Of a stretch of 64,000 nucleotides of DNA, positions 27,171 to 37,226 are shown in pieces. A program made the position numbers and the translations under genes. The stretch spans positions 53,320 through 117,319 of the IMG/VR virus record IMGVR_UViG_3300014158_000003. One strand, written 5' to 3'. The notes below the pieces were generated by a model that did no database searches, was not told the DNA's origin, and was given only the letters and a program-made list of their open reading frames with translations. Source of the stretch: a virus. Position 1 is the first letter of the stretch. Each line of letters begins with the position of its first letter.

Positions 27171-27341
27171 TCACTTGATGAGGTCCTCTCGCTTCAACTT
27201 CCTGAGCGCGCTGCGCAGGCGTTCCTTGGAGTGGTCGCTCAAGAGCACGGAGATCCCGTGCTCGAGAGCGCGCTTGACGGTGCGCGGGTCGAGCTGGGCC
27301 TCCAGCGCGATCCGCATGAGTGTGGGTCGGTCGACTTCCAT
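27171..27341 (-). CDS. 56-aa HTH protein immediately upstream of the Cas12m-like gene (not in ORF track)
   Basis: MEVDRPTLMRIALEAQLDPRTVKRALEHGISVLLSDHSKERLRSALRKLKREDLIK, preceded by GGAAGG RBS. Confidence 0.7.
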   Translation of the reverse strand: MEVDRPTLMRIALEAQLDPRTVKRALEHGISVLLSDHSKERLRSALRKLKREDLIK

Positions 27342-27377
27342 CTTTGCGCCTTCCTGGTCGGGGTCCCGCCCCGCAGT

Positions 27378-27785
27378 CTACTCGTCGAGCTCGTCGATCT
27401 GGCGCCGCAGCTCCTTCTCCGAGAGGTTGGAGAGTTTCCCGTCCTGCTTCTCGGCGAGGATCGCGAGCAGCTTCTCCTTCCTGACCTTCCTGTCCGCCCG
27501 CCTCTTCGCGTCCTCCTCCTCGGCGAGCCTCGCGTCGATGACGCACTTGACGATCTCCAGCGCGGTCTTGCGCCGGTCGTGCTCCGGCGTCCGAGCGGTC
27601 TCTACGAAGCTCTCCTCGGCGAGGTCCTTCCACGCCTTGTTGGCGGCCTTCGCGACGGCGTTGAGGTTGAAGTCGTCTTTCGACCGCAGGGGGACGTCCC
27701 AGAGCTGCTCGGTGGAGAGTTCCCCCCTGACGGACTGGAACCGGAGCTTGTTGCGGGTGGCGTACGCGAAGATGTCGGTGACCAT
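27378..27785 (-). CDS. Conserved phage coiled-coil hypothetical protein
   Basis: IFAYATRNKLRF.S.RGELSTEQLWDVPL..SFV..LL.ILAEKQD, AGGAG RBS. Confidence 0.8.
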   Translation of the reverse strand: MVTDIFAYATRNKLRFQSVRGELSTEQLWDVPLRSKDDFNLNAVAKAANKAWKDLAEESFVETARTPEHDRRKTALEIVKCVIDARLAEEEDAKRRADRKVRKEKLLAILAEKQDGKLSNLSEKELRRQIDELDE

Positions 27786-27805
27786 GGTCTCACTCCTCTG
27801 CCGGC

Positions 27806-29875
27806 TCACGCGCCGACCTTGATGTTGAACACTCGCTGCTTTCGGCCCTGGTGGACCCGGACGATGAACGACTCGCGCTTGGTCGACGAGAAGCCGAGCC
27901 CCGAGAGCTGCCCCTCGGTGGGGGCGCACTTGGTCTTGTCGCCGATGACCTCGAAGACTTTGCGGTGCGGCTCGAGGCGCGGGTGCAAGAACTCGTTATA
28001 GAAGCCGCGCGTCGGCTCGTCGTTCTTGCACCCGTCGATGAGGAAGAACGTGTGCTTGTTGCCGACCGCGCTATCGCCCCAGTAGTTCGGACTCAACATG
28101 ACCGCGCTGACCTTCACGTACTGCTCGGTCGTGAGACCCCACTTCTCCTGCGAGATGTTGGCGGCGGTGATGCCCGGGTCGCCGACCTCGACCTTCTCGA
28201 CGACGCCACCGCGCACGTGGAGGGTCACGACGGCGACGTCCTGTTGACCGCGAACGCCCTTGTTGTACGAGAAGTGCGAGAGCTTGCCGCCACTTTCTAC
28301 TTCGACGACGAACCCCGGGTTGCTCGTCTCGCGCTGCGTGAAGTTGTTGACGACGACGCGGTACGCGCCGTCCGGAGGCGGCGCCGACCACACGACGTTC
28401 TCGACGGCCTCGCGGGTCGTGCCGTGGCCCGCGTTCATGTCGACGTCGAGCGTGCCGCCCGTCCACCCGCGCTTGTTGCGGAAGTAGATGTGGTCCTCGA
28501 ACGCGTGGCGCCCGCGCCCCGGCGGCTCGTGCACGTGCAGGTCGAGGTCGTCGAAGTTGAACCAGGAGAGCGACACGCGCAGCGCCGCGCCCTCCACCTT
28601 GCCGCCGGCCTTCTTCACGCGCTCCTTGATGCTGTCCGCGACGTTGCCGCCGTAGGACCACGCGAAGTCGTTGTCCCACCGGAAGAGCTGCTTCGGCTCC
28701 GGGTGCACGGGAGCCGTCAGTGACACCAGGTTGCCGACGTGCTCGCTCTTGAAAAACAGCTCAAGGCTCGTCGTCTCGGGCAGCACCCTCGCCACGAAAT
28801 CGTCGATCCCGATCGGCTCCGCGCGCTCCGCGTCGTGCTCTGCGCTCCGGCTCACCGCGGTCGCGTGCTGCATGAGCACATCCCCGATGCCGCCCTTCAT
28901 CAGCGGCTTGACGGTCCCGTCGACCCACTTCACGTCGTTGACGGACACGTCGCTGATGACGGCGAACCGCCGCTCGAGGGCGGACTCGAGGCCGAGCACC
29001 TCGATCGTCTCCATCGCCTTCTTCACCATGCCGGGCGTGATGATGGCGGTCGTGCGCTTGTAGTTCTGCGGCGCGACCTTCGTCTCGAAGGCGCGCACCG
29101 CTTGCTCGACGTCCTGGCCACCGGACAGGTCCTGCACGAGCGTGCCGATCACGGTGTTGCGGAAGCGCGCAGCGGGGTGACCCGCGTTCGCCCACGCGAA
29201 GAGGGAGCGCCCGCGACCCTCGCTCCTCGAGAGGTACGCGCGCTGCGCGGCCATGAAATTCACGATCGCGAACTTGTGCTCCTCGCCGCGATAGAGCGCG
29301 CCAGCCTCCACGAGCGAGAGCGCGGTCTCCACCGCGCTCGGGGTCAGCTCGACCAGCCCGCGCTCGAAGACCTGCACCGTCGTGCGGTAGTCGCCGCGCA
29401 CCTGGTCGGGCGTCTCCGACCGCAATTTTCTCGGGATCTCCCCCGTGTAGAGGTGCTGCCACGTGAGAGCGCGGCCGGTCTCCCTGTCGAGCGACCGCGA
29501 CAGGGCCGCGCCGAAGCTCACCTCCCTCTCGCCCACGCGAAAGAGGTCGCAGACGCTCGCGGCGCGCACGACGTCCTGCAGATACGTCGCCACCACCTGG
29601 TAGACGCCCATCCCCTCCACGGCGGCCCGGTCCCAGACCGTGTTCAGCACGCCGTCGTCGCCGATGGTCACGACAGCGCCGGCCCGGCGAATGAAGTGCC
29701 GGCAGCAGCGGCAGTCGTGCTCGGTCGACTTCTTGAAGATCGAGTCGGCGCCGGCGGGAAACGCCGCGATGTACTCCTCGTACAGCGAGCCGACGTCCGC
29801 GACGAAGACGTCCTGGGACTTCGTCAGCTGCTGGAATGACTCCGCGACCGTCCTAGCGAACACTGAGAAATCCAT
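27806..29875 (-). CDS. Conserved large phage protein with YfaP/DUF2135-like domain
   Basis: HDCRCCRHFI, KVAPQNYKR, LRVSLSWFNFDDLDLHVHEP..GGTLDVDMNAG..AVEN, SPNYW..GNKH.FF. Confidence 0.8.
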   Translation of the reverse strand: MDFSVFARTVAESFQQLTKSQDVFVADVGSLYEEYIAAFPAGADSIFKKSTEHDCRCCRHFIRRAGAVVTIGDDGVLNTVWDRAAVEGMGVYQVVATYLQDVVRAASVCDLFRVGEREVSFGAALSRSLDRETGRALTWQHLYTGEIPRKLRSETPDQVRGDYRTTVQVFERGLVELTPSAVETALSLVEAGALYRGEEHKFAIVNFMAAQRAYLSRSEGRGRSLFAWANAGHPAARFRNTVIGTLVQDLSGGQDVEQAVRAFETKVAPQNYKRTTAIITPGMVKKAMETIEVLGLESALERRFAVISDVSVNDVKWVDGTVKPLMKGGIGDVLMQHATAVSRSAEHDAERAEPIGIDDFVARVLPETTSLELFFKSEHVGNLVSLTAPVHPEPKQLFRWDNDFAWSYGGNVADSIKERVKKAGGKVEGAALRVSLSWFNFDDLDLHVHEPPGRGRHAFEDHIYFRNKRGWTGGTLDVDMNAGHGTTREAVENVVWSAPPPDGAYRVVVNNFTQRETSNPGFVVEVESGGKLSHFSYNKGVRGQQDVAVVTLHVRGGVVEKVEVGDPGITAANISQEKWGLTTEQYVKVSAVMLSPNYWGDSAVGNKHTFFLIDGCKNDEPTRGFYNEFLHPRLEPHRKVFEVIGDKTKCAPTEGQLSGLGFSSTKRESFIVRVHQGRKQRVFNIKVGA

Positions 29876-29954
29876 CGCCGCCCTCACTCAGGTCAAAATG
29901 ACGCCCCGCACTCGGCGGACCCGCCGAGTGCCACGACTCTGTCGCTCCCAAGAA

Positions 29955-30030
29955 GGACCCTGCGGCACGACTCGAACGTGCGGCCCCCGGTTCCGTAGAC
30001 CGGTGCTCTTCCAACTGAGCTACGAGGGTC
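29955..30030 (-). tRNA. Isolated tRNA-Arg(ACG)
   Basis: Reverse complement TAGCTCAGTTGGAAGAGC D-arm, CCGGT-CTACGGA-ACCGG, GTTCGAGTC. One bulge in the acceptor stem. Confidence 0.85.
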
Positions 30031-30152
30031 GAGCGGATGATGCACTCTGCTGCAGGCTGAGTCAAGCGCTCGCGTACGATTTTTCTCCGCGCGAACCTCC
30101 CACGGCTCTTACCGCGCCCACTAGGCCGCCGAAACCGGCTACGCTGCCGACC

Positions 30153-31865
30153 ATGGCGAACCAGATCACCCTGGCCTTTTCCGTCGCGACCGCGAGCACC
30201 ATCTACACGCCCGCGCAGGCCGCCGCCAAGCTGAGCGCGGTCCCGCTCTTCGCGTCGGTCGGCAACGACCCGGTGCTCGGGCAAGCGCTCGGGCTCACCG
30301 TCGTCGACGACATCGTCTCCGACGGCGGCGTGACGTACACGGGCGAGGCGGGCGGGCCGTTTCTGCCGGGCGAGACGGTCACCGACTCGCCGAGCGGCGG
30401 GACAGCCACGGTCGCCCTCGACTTGGACGGGGTGCTCTACTTCGAGCTCGGCACGGCCGTCGGCACCTTCGCGCACGGCGACACGATCACGGGCAGCACG
30501 TCCGGCGCGACGGCGACCGTGAACAACGCGGCCGCCCTCGGCGGGCCGACGCCAACGACGCCGGGAGCGACGCGCGTGCTCGTGCTCAACATGACGGCCC
30601 TGACCTCCCCGTACGCCCCGCCGCCGTCGCCGTGCCGGCCGACCGGCCCGGTCGACCCGCCGCCGGACGCCCCGCCGCAGCTGCCGTACACGCTCACGCA
30701 GACGACGATCAACCGCTACACGCAGCTGCCGGTGACGACCCCGGCGCCCGCGCAGTACGTCGCCTTCTACTCGTCCTCCGAGCTCGACACCGACGGCGTC
30801 TCGACGACCCCGGCGATCCCGGCCGGCGCGGGCGCGCAGATCATGGCGCTCGAGTATTACGACTCGACCGGCGCCGGCCCCTTCGCGGTCTTCGCGAAGC
30901 TGATGGGCAAGTTCCCGGCGCCGGTCACGCTCGCCGGCGGCAGCGTCGACGTCGCGCAGGTGACCCAGTGCTTCATCGAGCAGGTCGGCGCGTTCGGCAA
31001 CTCCGTCGGCCAGATCACCCTCTGCGCGCTCGAGGCCCCCCTGCCGGCCATCCCCGCCACCGCCACGCCCGAGGACTTCCCGGCGCTCACCGACGCCGCA
31101 CAACTGACGATCGCCCGGCCGCTCGTCTACATGCCCCCCAGCTACTTCGCGCTCGCGCAGCAGCAGAACAGCGCGCCGCAGCTCGCCGGCGACTTCGTCG
31201 TCGAGCGGGGGTCGCCGACCGTGCTGACGCCGGTCAGTCAGCTCAGTGTCCTGGCGGCGACCAACGTCCTGGAGTTCGCCTCCCAGCCCGGGGTGCAGTA
31301 CGAGATCGCGTCGGTCAGCGCGACGTTCGTGAAGCTCACGACGCCGTACACGGGCCTGTCGCACGCAGAACTCGCGCCGGCCGCGGAGGACCCGAGCCCG
31401 GCGCAGTCCGTGAGCGACCGGACCGACGGGGTCGTGACCTCGGCGGTCCTCGTGTCCCCCTCGCAGGCGGCGCCGCCGGACGACGCGCACCTCTTGACCC
31501 CCCTCAGCGAGTTCACGCTGCCGCAGTCGACGGTGCCGGCGCTGACGTACTCTGCCGAGAGCGGCCCGTTCACGCCGACCGAGACCGCGGTGGGGCAGAA
31601 GAGCGGCGGCACGGCCACCGTGCTCTACGACGACCAGGGCGCCGACGCGTCCGGGACGCTCGCCTTCGCCTCGGGCTCGCTCAAGAGCGGGTTCATGCGG
31701 GGCGAGACGGTCGTCGGCAAGACGTCCGGCGCGACCGCGACTGTGGTCAACCCGAGGACGCTGGCGAGCAACCCGCAGCCGGCGAACCTGAGCGGTCTCT
31801 ACGCCCGCACGCTGTCGCTCGTGCTCGGCGCCCCGGTCGTCGCGCAACCGATCACGCTGATCTGA
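30153..31865 (+). CDS. Putative structural protein (T/P/A-rich, repeated GET(V/I)xGxxSGxTATV motif)
   Basis: ATG 30153 (MANQITLAF). The motif occurs four times. Confidence 0.7.
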   Translation: MANQITLAFSVATASTIYTPAQAAAKLSAVPLFASVGNDPVLGQALGLTVVDDIVSDGGVTYTGEAGGPFLPGETVTDSPSGGTATVALDLDGVLYFELGTAVGTFAHGDTITGSTSGATATVNNAAALGGPTPTTPGATRVLVLNMTALTSPYAPPPSPCRPTGPVDPPPDAPPQLPYTLTQTTINRYTQLPVTTPAPAQYVAFYSSSELDTDGVSTTPAIPAGAGAQIMALEYYDSTGAGPFAVFAKLMGKFPAPVTLAGGSVDVAQVTQCFIEQVGAFGNSVGQITLCALEAPLPAIPATATPEDFPALTDAAQLTIARPLVYMPPSYFALAQQQNSAPQLAGDFVVERGSPTVLTPVSQLSVLAATNVLEFASQPGVQYEIASVSATFVKLTTPYTGLSHAELAPAAEDPSPAQSVSDRTDGVVTSAVLVSPSQAAPPDDAHLLTPLSEFTLPQSTVPALTYSAESGPFTPTETAVGQKSGGTATVLYDDQGADASGTLAFASGSLKSGFMRGETVVGKTSGATATVVNPRTLASNPQPANLSGLYARTLSLVLGAPVVAQPITLI

Positions 31866-32104
31866 CCGGGGTCACCCGCCGCCGTACGGCTTGCCGTTCG
31901 GCAGGATCTGCCGGACCTCGAACGTGAGGCCCCTGCTAAGGGCCCGCTGCTCGGCCAGGTCGGGGTCGATCTCGGGCCCGTAGACGACCCTGTACCGCCG
32001 GATCTGCCCGGCGAGGTTGGTCAGCCACTGGGAGGTCTCCCGGCACCAGATCCCGTACGGGCCGCGGTTCGTCGGTGCGTCGTCGCTCACTTCAGGCGCG
32101 CGCC

Positions 32105-32593
32105 TCAGTGCAGGGTGGGCGGGTGCAGCGAGAGCCACATCCACGTGGCTGTGAACGCCCCCGCGAAGGCCCCGAGCGTCGCGCCCACGAGCAGCGTGAC
32201 CAGGCGCGACGCGGAGGGCACGACGGCCAGGATGGCGCGCGCCGTCAGCATCTTCACGGCCGACTCGCTCAGGCGCGTCGCGATCTCCATGAGCCTCTTT
32301 CTCTCCTCGCCGATCTCGGCGAGCTTCGCGGCCCACTCCCTGTCGTTGTTCTCGACGCGAGCGGCCAGGGTCTCGATGACGGCGATCTCGTGCGTCTGCC
32401 GCGCGTGGATCATCTCGAGCGTGACCGGCAGCTCCGGGAGCGTCTCGGCGTCGTGCAGGTCGTCGTGCGGGAGCCGGCGCGGCGTCGCGGCTGGGTCCGG
32501 GATGACGGGCCTCGGCGGGGCCGCCGGGACCGACAGCGGGAGCGGTGGCGGCAGTCCGGCGACCTTGTCGTCTCTGTCGCTACCTCCGGTCAT
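32105..32593 (-). CDS. Coiled-coil protein with C-terminal TM segment
   Basis: ORF composition. Confidence 0.5.
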   Translation of the reverse strand: MTGGSDRDDKVAGLPPPLPLSVPAAPPRPVIPDPAATPRRLPHDDLHDAETLPELPVTLEMIHARQTHEIAVIETLAARVENNDREWAAKLAEIGEERKRLMEIATRLSESAVKMLTARAILAVVPSASRLVTLLVGATLGAFAGAFTATWMWLSLHPPTLH

Positions 32594-32808
32594 CGCTCGA
32601 CGACCCACCCTAGCCGAGACGGCCCGCGTCGCGCCGGCGAATTTTGTCCCAGATGGGCGAAAATTCGCCCGGTCGGGCGGCCGGCGCGCGGGAAGTCACG
32701 CGATCGGCCCTGGAGAAGTGGCGACTGGGTCACCGTCGACTCGACCGCTGCGGACACGTCCCAAGACTATGCTGAGCCCCGACCGACCGGCAAGGACTCT
32801 TCGCGCGC

Positions 32809-33276
32809 TCACTTGAGATAGTGCCCGGCCGCCGCTGCGGCGAGGGCCGCCACGACCGCTAGCAGGATGTCCCACCGCCGGTCGGCCGCCTTCTCGACGC
32901 GCTTGTCCACGCTCGCCTCGAGCGCGGCCCTCTCCGCCTCCGCCTTGATCGCGCGCTCGCGCGCCTCGGCGATCTTGTCGGCCGCCGCGCGCTCGGTCGC
33001 CTCGCGCAGCTGCCGCTGCAGCTCCTCGATGTCGAACCGGTCGGTGTCGGTCCGCTCGCGCGTTCGCACCCGCTCCTGCACGACGACGAGCGCCGGCGGC
33101 GGCGGGCGCGACGCCGAGTAGACCCGCACCTCGTGCGCGATGGCGATGGGGTCCGTGCTGTCGCGGTCGCGCAGTCGGGCCATGGCGGCGCCCGGGTCGT
33201 CCGCGCCCACGTACTCGCGGGTGAGCTGGGCGATCTCTTCGCGGTCCTTGTCCGTCAGTTTGCGGGGAGGGGTCAC
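32809..33276 (-). CDS. Coiled-coil protein with C-terminal TM helix
   Basis: Charged heptads followed by WDILLAVVAALAAAAAG. Confidence 0.6.
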   Translation of the reverse strand: MTPPRKLTDKDREEIAQLTREYVGADDPGAAMARLRDRDSTDPIAIAHEVRVYSASRPPPPALVVVQERVRTRERTDTDRFDIEELQRQLREATERAAADKIAEARERAIKAEAERAALEASVDKRVEKAADRRWDILLAVVAALAAAAAGHYLK

Positions 33277-33329
33277 GACGCCGCGATCCTACAACGACAC
33301 CGCGACCCCCCGCGACCGCGAACCTGCGC

Positions 33330-34730
33330 CTACCAGAGCGGGTCGATCGCCTCGGCGGCGGCGTCGATCGCCTCCTGGCGAAAATTGACGGCCGTGAACG
33401 CCTTCGCGAGCGTCGCGTCCACCGCCTCGAGCGTCGGCGACGTCGTCGCCGACAGGAGCGTGGAGGCGGCTGCCGAGGCCAGCTTGACGGCCTCCGGCTC
33501 GAAGAGCAGCCAGTGGGGCGCGAACGCCTTCGCGATGGCCTGCACGACGTCGGCGCAGGTCGGGCTCGGCGCCGGCGGCGCGGGACTCGGCGGCGCCGGG
33601 GTCGGTGCGGGCGGGGCCGGTGAGGTCGTGACCGGCGCACCGAGCAGCGCCGAGAAGTTCGCCCCGTTGGGGGTACCGAGCCCACAGCACACGGCGGCCG
33701 GGTAAATTCCGTTCGTCCCGCTCCCGCCGACCGGCGTGCAGGCGCTCGGGTTGCCCCAGAGCTTCTGGTCGATGGAGCCGGGACCGTTGACCCCGAGCGA
33801 CGCGATGAGCCCCGCCCAGAGCGGCGCCACCGCGGACGTGCCGCCGACGACCTGCGACTGGCCCCCCTGGACGATGTCGAACCCCGTGTTGGGGTCCGCG
33901 TTGCCGGCGACGTCGCTCACGGAGCGACCGCCGCCCTTCGGGCCGGTGCACCACGCGGCGAACGGGAAGACGGTCGAGAAGCCACCCCCGGTCCCCTCAC
34001 CGCTGGCCTGCCCCGGAGTGTCGTTCCAGATGCTCGACGTCCCGTCCTGCGACGTCGCAGTGCCGCCGCACGCGAGGGAGTTCGAGCACGACGCCGGCGC
34101 GTCGACCGCGGGCTTGCCCGTACCGTCCCCGTCGTCCGCGTCGTTGTCGCCCGCGGCCGCCGTGAACGTCGTCCCCCTCGCGTTGGCCGCCGCGATCGAC
34201 GCCTGGCAGGCGGCGAGGTCCGCGGGTGCCCACTGCGACTCGGCCGCGCCCCACGAGCACGAGCACGCCGCGTGACCGAGGCTCGCGCTCTTGTCGACGG
34301 CCGTGTTGATGTCCTGCGACCACAGGACCACGATCGTGGCCTGTTTCCCCGTCAGGTACTGGATGACGGCGCCCACGATCTGGATGTCGAGCGCAACCTC
34401 GACGCTGGCGTCGCCGCCGTTCGCGCCGGCGTTGGTCGTGCCGTCCACCGACACGTCCGTGATGGTCGGGACGGGCTGCCCGATGCTCGCGAAGTATTGC
34501 GTCATGTCGGACAGGACCCAGCCGCCGCCGAGCTCCACGATCCCCACCGTGCCGGGGTCGTTCAAGAACGACCCCGCCTCGAACCCGTACGCCTTCAGGA
34601 TCCCCGGGACCGTCCACGGCCCCTCGCCCGAGACGTGCGCCCGGAGGTGCTCGCGCAGCGATCGTTTGGACTTCTTGTAGAAGGGTCGGAGTGCCTTTCG
34701 GAGCGTCTCGGTCGTCAGGGTGTCGGTCAC
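33330..34730 (-). CDS. S53 (sedolisin/kumamolisin-like) peptidase lacking most of the prodomain
   Basis: VGIVELGGG, EVALDIQ (E,D), SCSWGAAE, AAAGD (oxyanion), DVAGNADP.TG, GGTSAVAPLWAG (S), GLGTPNG. Confidence 0.9.
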   Translation of the reverse strand: MTDTLTTETLRKALRPFYKKSKRSLREHLRAHVSGEGPWTVPGILKAYGFEAGSFLNDPGTVGIVELGGGWVLSDMTQYFASIGQPVPTITDVSVDGTTNAGANGGDASVEVALDIQIVGAVIQYLTGKQATIVVLWSQDINTAVDKSASLGHAACSCSWGAAESQWAPADLAACQASIAAANARGTTFTAAAGDNDADDGDGTGKPAVDAPASCSNSLACGGTATSQDGTSSIWNDTPGQASGEGTGGGFSTVFPFAAWCTGPKGGGRSVSDVAGNADPNTGFDIVQGGQSQVVGGTSAVAPLWAGLIASLGVNGPGSIDQKLWGNPSACTPVGGSGTNGIYPAAVCCGLGTPNGANFSALLGAPVTTSPAPPAPTPAPPSPAPPAPSPTCADVVQAIAKAFAPHWLLFEPEAVKLASAAASTLLSATTSPTLEAVDATLAKAFTAVNFRQEAIDAAAEAIDPLW

Positions 34731-34756
34731 GGGTCACCTCGTGGTGCGTTTGGGTT

Positions 34757-35197
34757 CTAGTCCGCCATCTTCAGGACTGCGTCGAACTTGGGGGGATGGT
34801 ACTGCGGCGCCGCCTCGTGCACGGGAGGGGGCGCCGCGGAGGGCGCCGGCGGCGCCAGCGCGGCGGCCCCGGCGGGGGCGGGCCGTTTCGGCCACGGGTA
34901 AGCACCGCCCGCGCCCGCGCCGAGCGACCGCACGACGGTCCCCGCGTCGGCGACCGGCAGGACCGGCGCCAGCAGCCGCTCGCCGTCTTTCGCGGCGACG
35001 TACCCCCGGAGCGTCACGACGTCGTCGTGGTTCTGCGCGACGGCCACGTTGAGCTTCTCGATCCCCGCCGCGAGCTGCTCGTAGGAGACCTTCGTCACCT
35101 CGTGACTCTGGGGCTTGAAGAGCGCCGTGAGCAGCCCCGCCAGCGCCGTCAGGAATATGAACAGCTGGCGGGCGAGCCGGAGCTGGTCGGAGGTCAT
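34757..35197 (-). CDS. Membrane protein (N-terminal TM, coiled coil)
   Basis: LFIFLTALAGLLTALF. Confidence 0.6.
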   Translation of the reverse strand: MTSDQLRLARQLFIFLTALAGLLTALFKPQSHEVTKVSYEQLAAGIEKLNVAVAQNHDDVVTLRGYVAAKDGERLLAPVLPVADAGTVVRSLGAGAGGAYPWPKRPAPAGAAALAPPAPSAAPPPVHEAAPQYHPPKFDAVLKMAD

Positions 35198-35439
35198 CCG
35201 GCCGCCTGGCGGCTTCGGTTCCTCCCGCGCGCCTGCCCGCCGCGCCGACCGATCTCCGCCATGTGGGCGCGGTCGGAGGCGACCTTCTTGCCCCCCTCGC
35301 GGCCGGCGACCCGCGCCTCGTCGGGCGTGAACTCGTGGGCGCGCCCCTGCGCGTGCGCCGCCTTGCCGCCCTTGCTCGCGATGGCGCGCTGCTTGGCTTC
35401 GTCCATGGAGGCGAAGCCGCGGTTCGACCGGTCCGCCAC
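35194..35439 (-). CDS. KGG-repeat general stress protein (YciG-like)
   Basis: RGFASMDEAKQRAIASKGGKAAH..HEFTPDEARVAGREGG..HMAEIGRRGG. Confidence 0.88.
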   Translation of the reverse strand: MADRSNRGFASMDEAKQRAIASKGGKAAHAQGRAHEFTPDEARVAGREGGKKVASDRAHMAEIGRRGGQARGRNRSRQAAG

Positions 35440-35441
35440 CT

Positions 35442-35675
35442 TCAGGCCGCCTTCTGGGCGGCTAGCGCTCGGCGCGCGCGGGACCGCGCTCGGGCCTGCG
35501 TCACCTGCTGGCTCACGCCGAGGGCCGTGCCGACCGCGCCGACGGCGTAGGCGACGATCGTCGGCCACGGTTGCCACGCCGAGAACGCTTGCCCGACCGC
35601 GACACAGGCCGCAACCACGCCCACGTCGACGGCGGTCACGACCTGGAGCGCGGTCCCGTTGAGTTGCAGGCTCAC
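35442..35675 (-). CDS. Small two-TM protein (holin-like)
   Basis: Two hydrophobic helices and a basic C-terminal tail. Confidence 0.5.
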   Translation of the reverse strand: MSLQLNGTALQVVTAVDVGVVAACVAVGQAFSAWQPWPTIVAYAVGAVGTALGVSQQVTQARARSRARRALAAQKAA

Positions 35676-35965
35676 GGAGTCGCCTTCTTCTTGGCGTGCG
35701 CCGCCGCGAAGGCCGCGCTCTCGGTCGGGGGGACCCGCACCGTGTACTGCGTCGCGACGCCGGGCGGCGCGCCCGCGACCGTGCACAGGTAGTACACCCA
35801 GGTCGGGTCGGGCTGCTGCTCGGCGAGGCTGCACGCGGCGTCCGCGACGTCGATGATCTCGGTGACGATGCTGGAGACCTGAGCCGGGGTCGACCCGCAG
35901 TGGACCGAGGAGGCGTAGACCGAACCGACCAGCGCGACTGCACCCAGCCAATGAACTCGCTTCAT
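35672..35965 (-). CDS. Small secreted or lipoprotein-like protein
   Basis: MKRVHWLGAVALVGSVYASSVHC signal-like N-terminus. Confidence 0.55.
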   Translation of the reverse strand: MKRVHWLGAVALVGSVYASSVHCGSTPAQVSSIVTEIIDVADAACSLAEQQPDPTWVYYLCTVAGAPPGVATQYTVRVPPTESAAFAAAHAKKKATP

Positions 35966-36528
35966 GGGGCCAAAGATAAACTCCCCCGCCGAGCCCGTCA
36001 AACCAGCAACCAGCCGTTGAGCAGGAGAGCCTCGTCGGCCTCCTCCCGCGAGGCGAAGTAGCCGATGCAGACCGGGTCTGGGTCGTCGTCGTCGTAGTTG
36101 CGGTCGTCCGGACCGACCCATGCGGCCACCCCGACCGGGGACGCGTCGCGCCACTCGTAGGTGACGCCGCTCAACGCGGGCCTGGGCGATCGGCACCACG
36201 GCCCGGCCACCTTGGGAGCCGCTCTTAGCGCGTCCCACACTTCCTGCGGCGTCAGCGTCTTCCAGTCTACCGGCACGTCTTTTCTCCAGTTCTACGCGCG
36301 CGCGCGCACTAGTACGCACGTGAGTCGGTCAACGGCACCCACGTCAATCCACCTTTGCGTCCGCCACCGAAATCGACGAGGGCGCGCGCGCCAGACGGGC
36401 CCGTCCAGTCGATGAAATCGATGCGACCCTGAGCGCCGCAATGCGGACCGCCCACCACGTGGGCCCAGTCGCCAACCTTCCAGACGTACTCGCTCGACTC
36501 CGTCACATCGTCCTCCTTCGCGCGCATG

Positions 36529-37014
36529 TCATCGTGTGCCGGCGGTCACGACGTCGGGCAGCTCGAAGAGGCCAAACGAACCGGCGCACGGCGCGAACGG
36601 GAGCGGCTCGACGTCGGCGAGCACAAATCCGTATTGCTCCGTCATGTGCCATCGGTGGTCGATGCCCGCGGGGTAGAACCTGTCCAGGGTCGACCGGAAC
36701 GGCGGCGCTCCGGGCGGCTCGCCTCCCACGCGCAAGCTCGGAACCCATGGCCGGATCACGTCGACGATGCGCGCGCGGCCGACGACGCCTCCGCGCTGCA
36801 TCGCTTGAAGACGGGGGACGTCAGCAAGGCTCGCGATCACGCCGGCGTTCTCCATCCACACGATCGCGTCTTCGTACTCATCCCTGGTGCAGCCCTTCGC
36901 CGCGTGCAGCAAGATCGGACCGCGATAGCTCGTGTTCCACACGCGGTTTTCTATCCGCTTGCCAGCGTGGAGAATCGCCCACCACCACGGTTGACGCCCG
37001 CTGAGGGCTTTCAT
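36529..37014 (-). CDS. ASCH domain protein
   Basis: MKALS.RQPW.WAI..GKRIENR.WNTSYRGPILLHA..G.FGLF. Confidence 0.9.
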   Translation of the reverse strand: MKALSGRQPWWWAILHAGKRIENRVWNTSYRGPILLHAAKGCTRDEYEDAIVWMENAGVIASLADVPRLQAMQRGGVVGRARIVDVIRPWVPSLRVGGEPPGAPPFRSTLDRFYPAGIDHRWHMTEQYGFVLADVEPLPFAPCAGSFGLFELPDVVTAGTR

Positions 37015-37226
37015 CGCAAGGCCGGCGCTTTCTCACGGAGTAAGGCGAGCGTGCCCGGACGGACACCAAGCCCCGCGATCACACGGGCCACAACTTCTCG
37101 GCTCAGCCCGAGTTCCCTCGCTACGGTCGCAGTCCCCCGCGCTTCGACAAGCTGCGCCAGCCACACGCGGACGTCGGCGGGCGGCCCCACACCAAGCGCG
37201 CGTTTGGAACGATCGATCCTCTTCAT
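37011..37226 (-). CDS. Small HTH protein
   Basis: GTATVARELGLSREVVARVIAG. Confidence 0.7.
   Translation of the reverse strand: MKRIDRSKRALGVGPPADVRVWLAQLVEARGTATVARELGLSREVVARVIAGLGVRPGTLALLREKAPALR

Noticed and set aside
25188-28001. 937-aa plus-strand ORF
   Set aside because: Antisense shadow of the cas12m-like and neighbouring genes.
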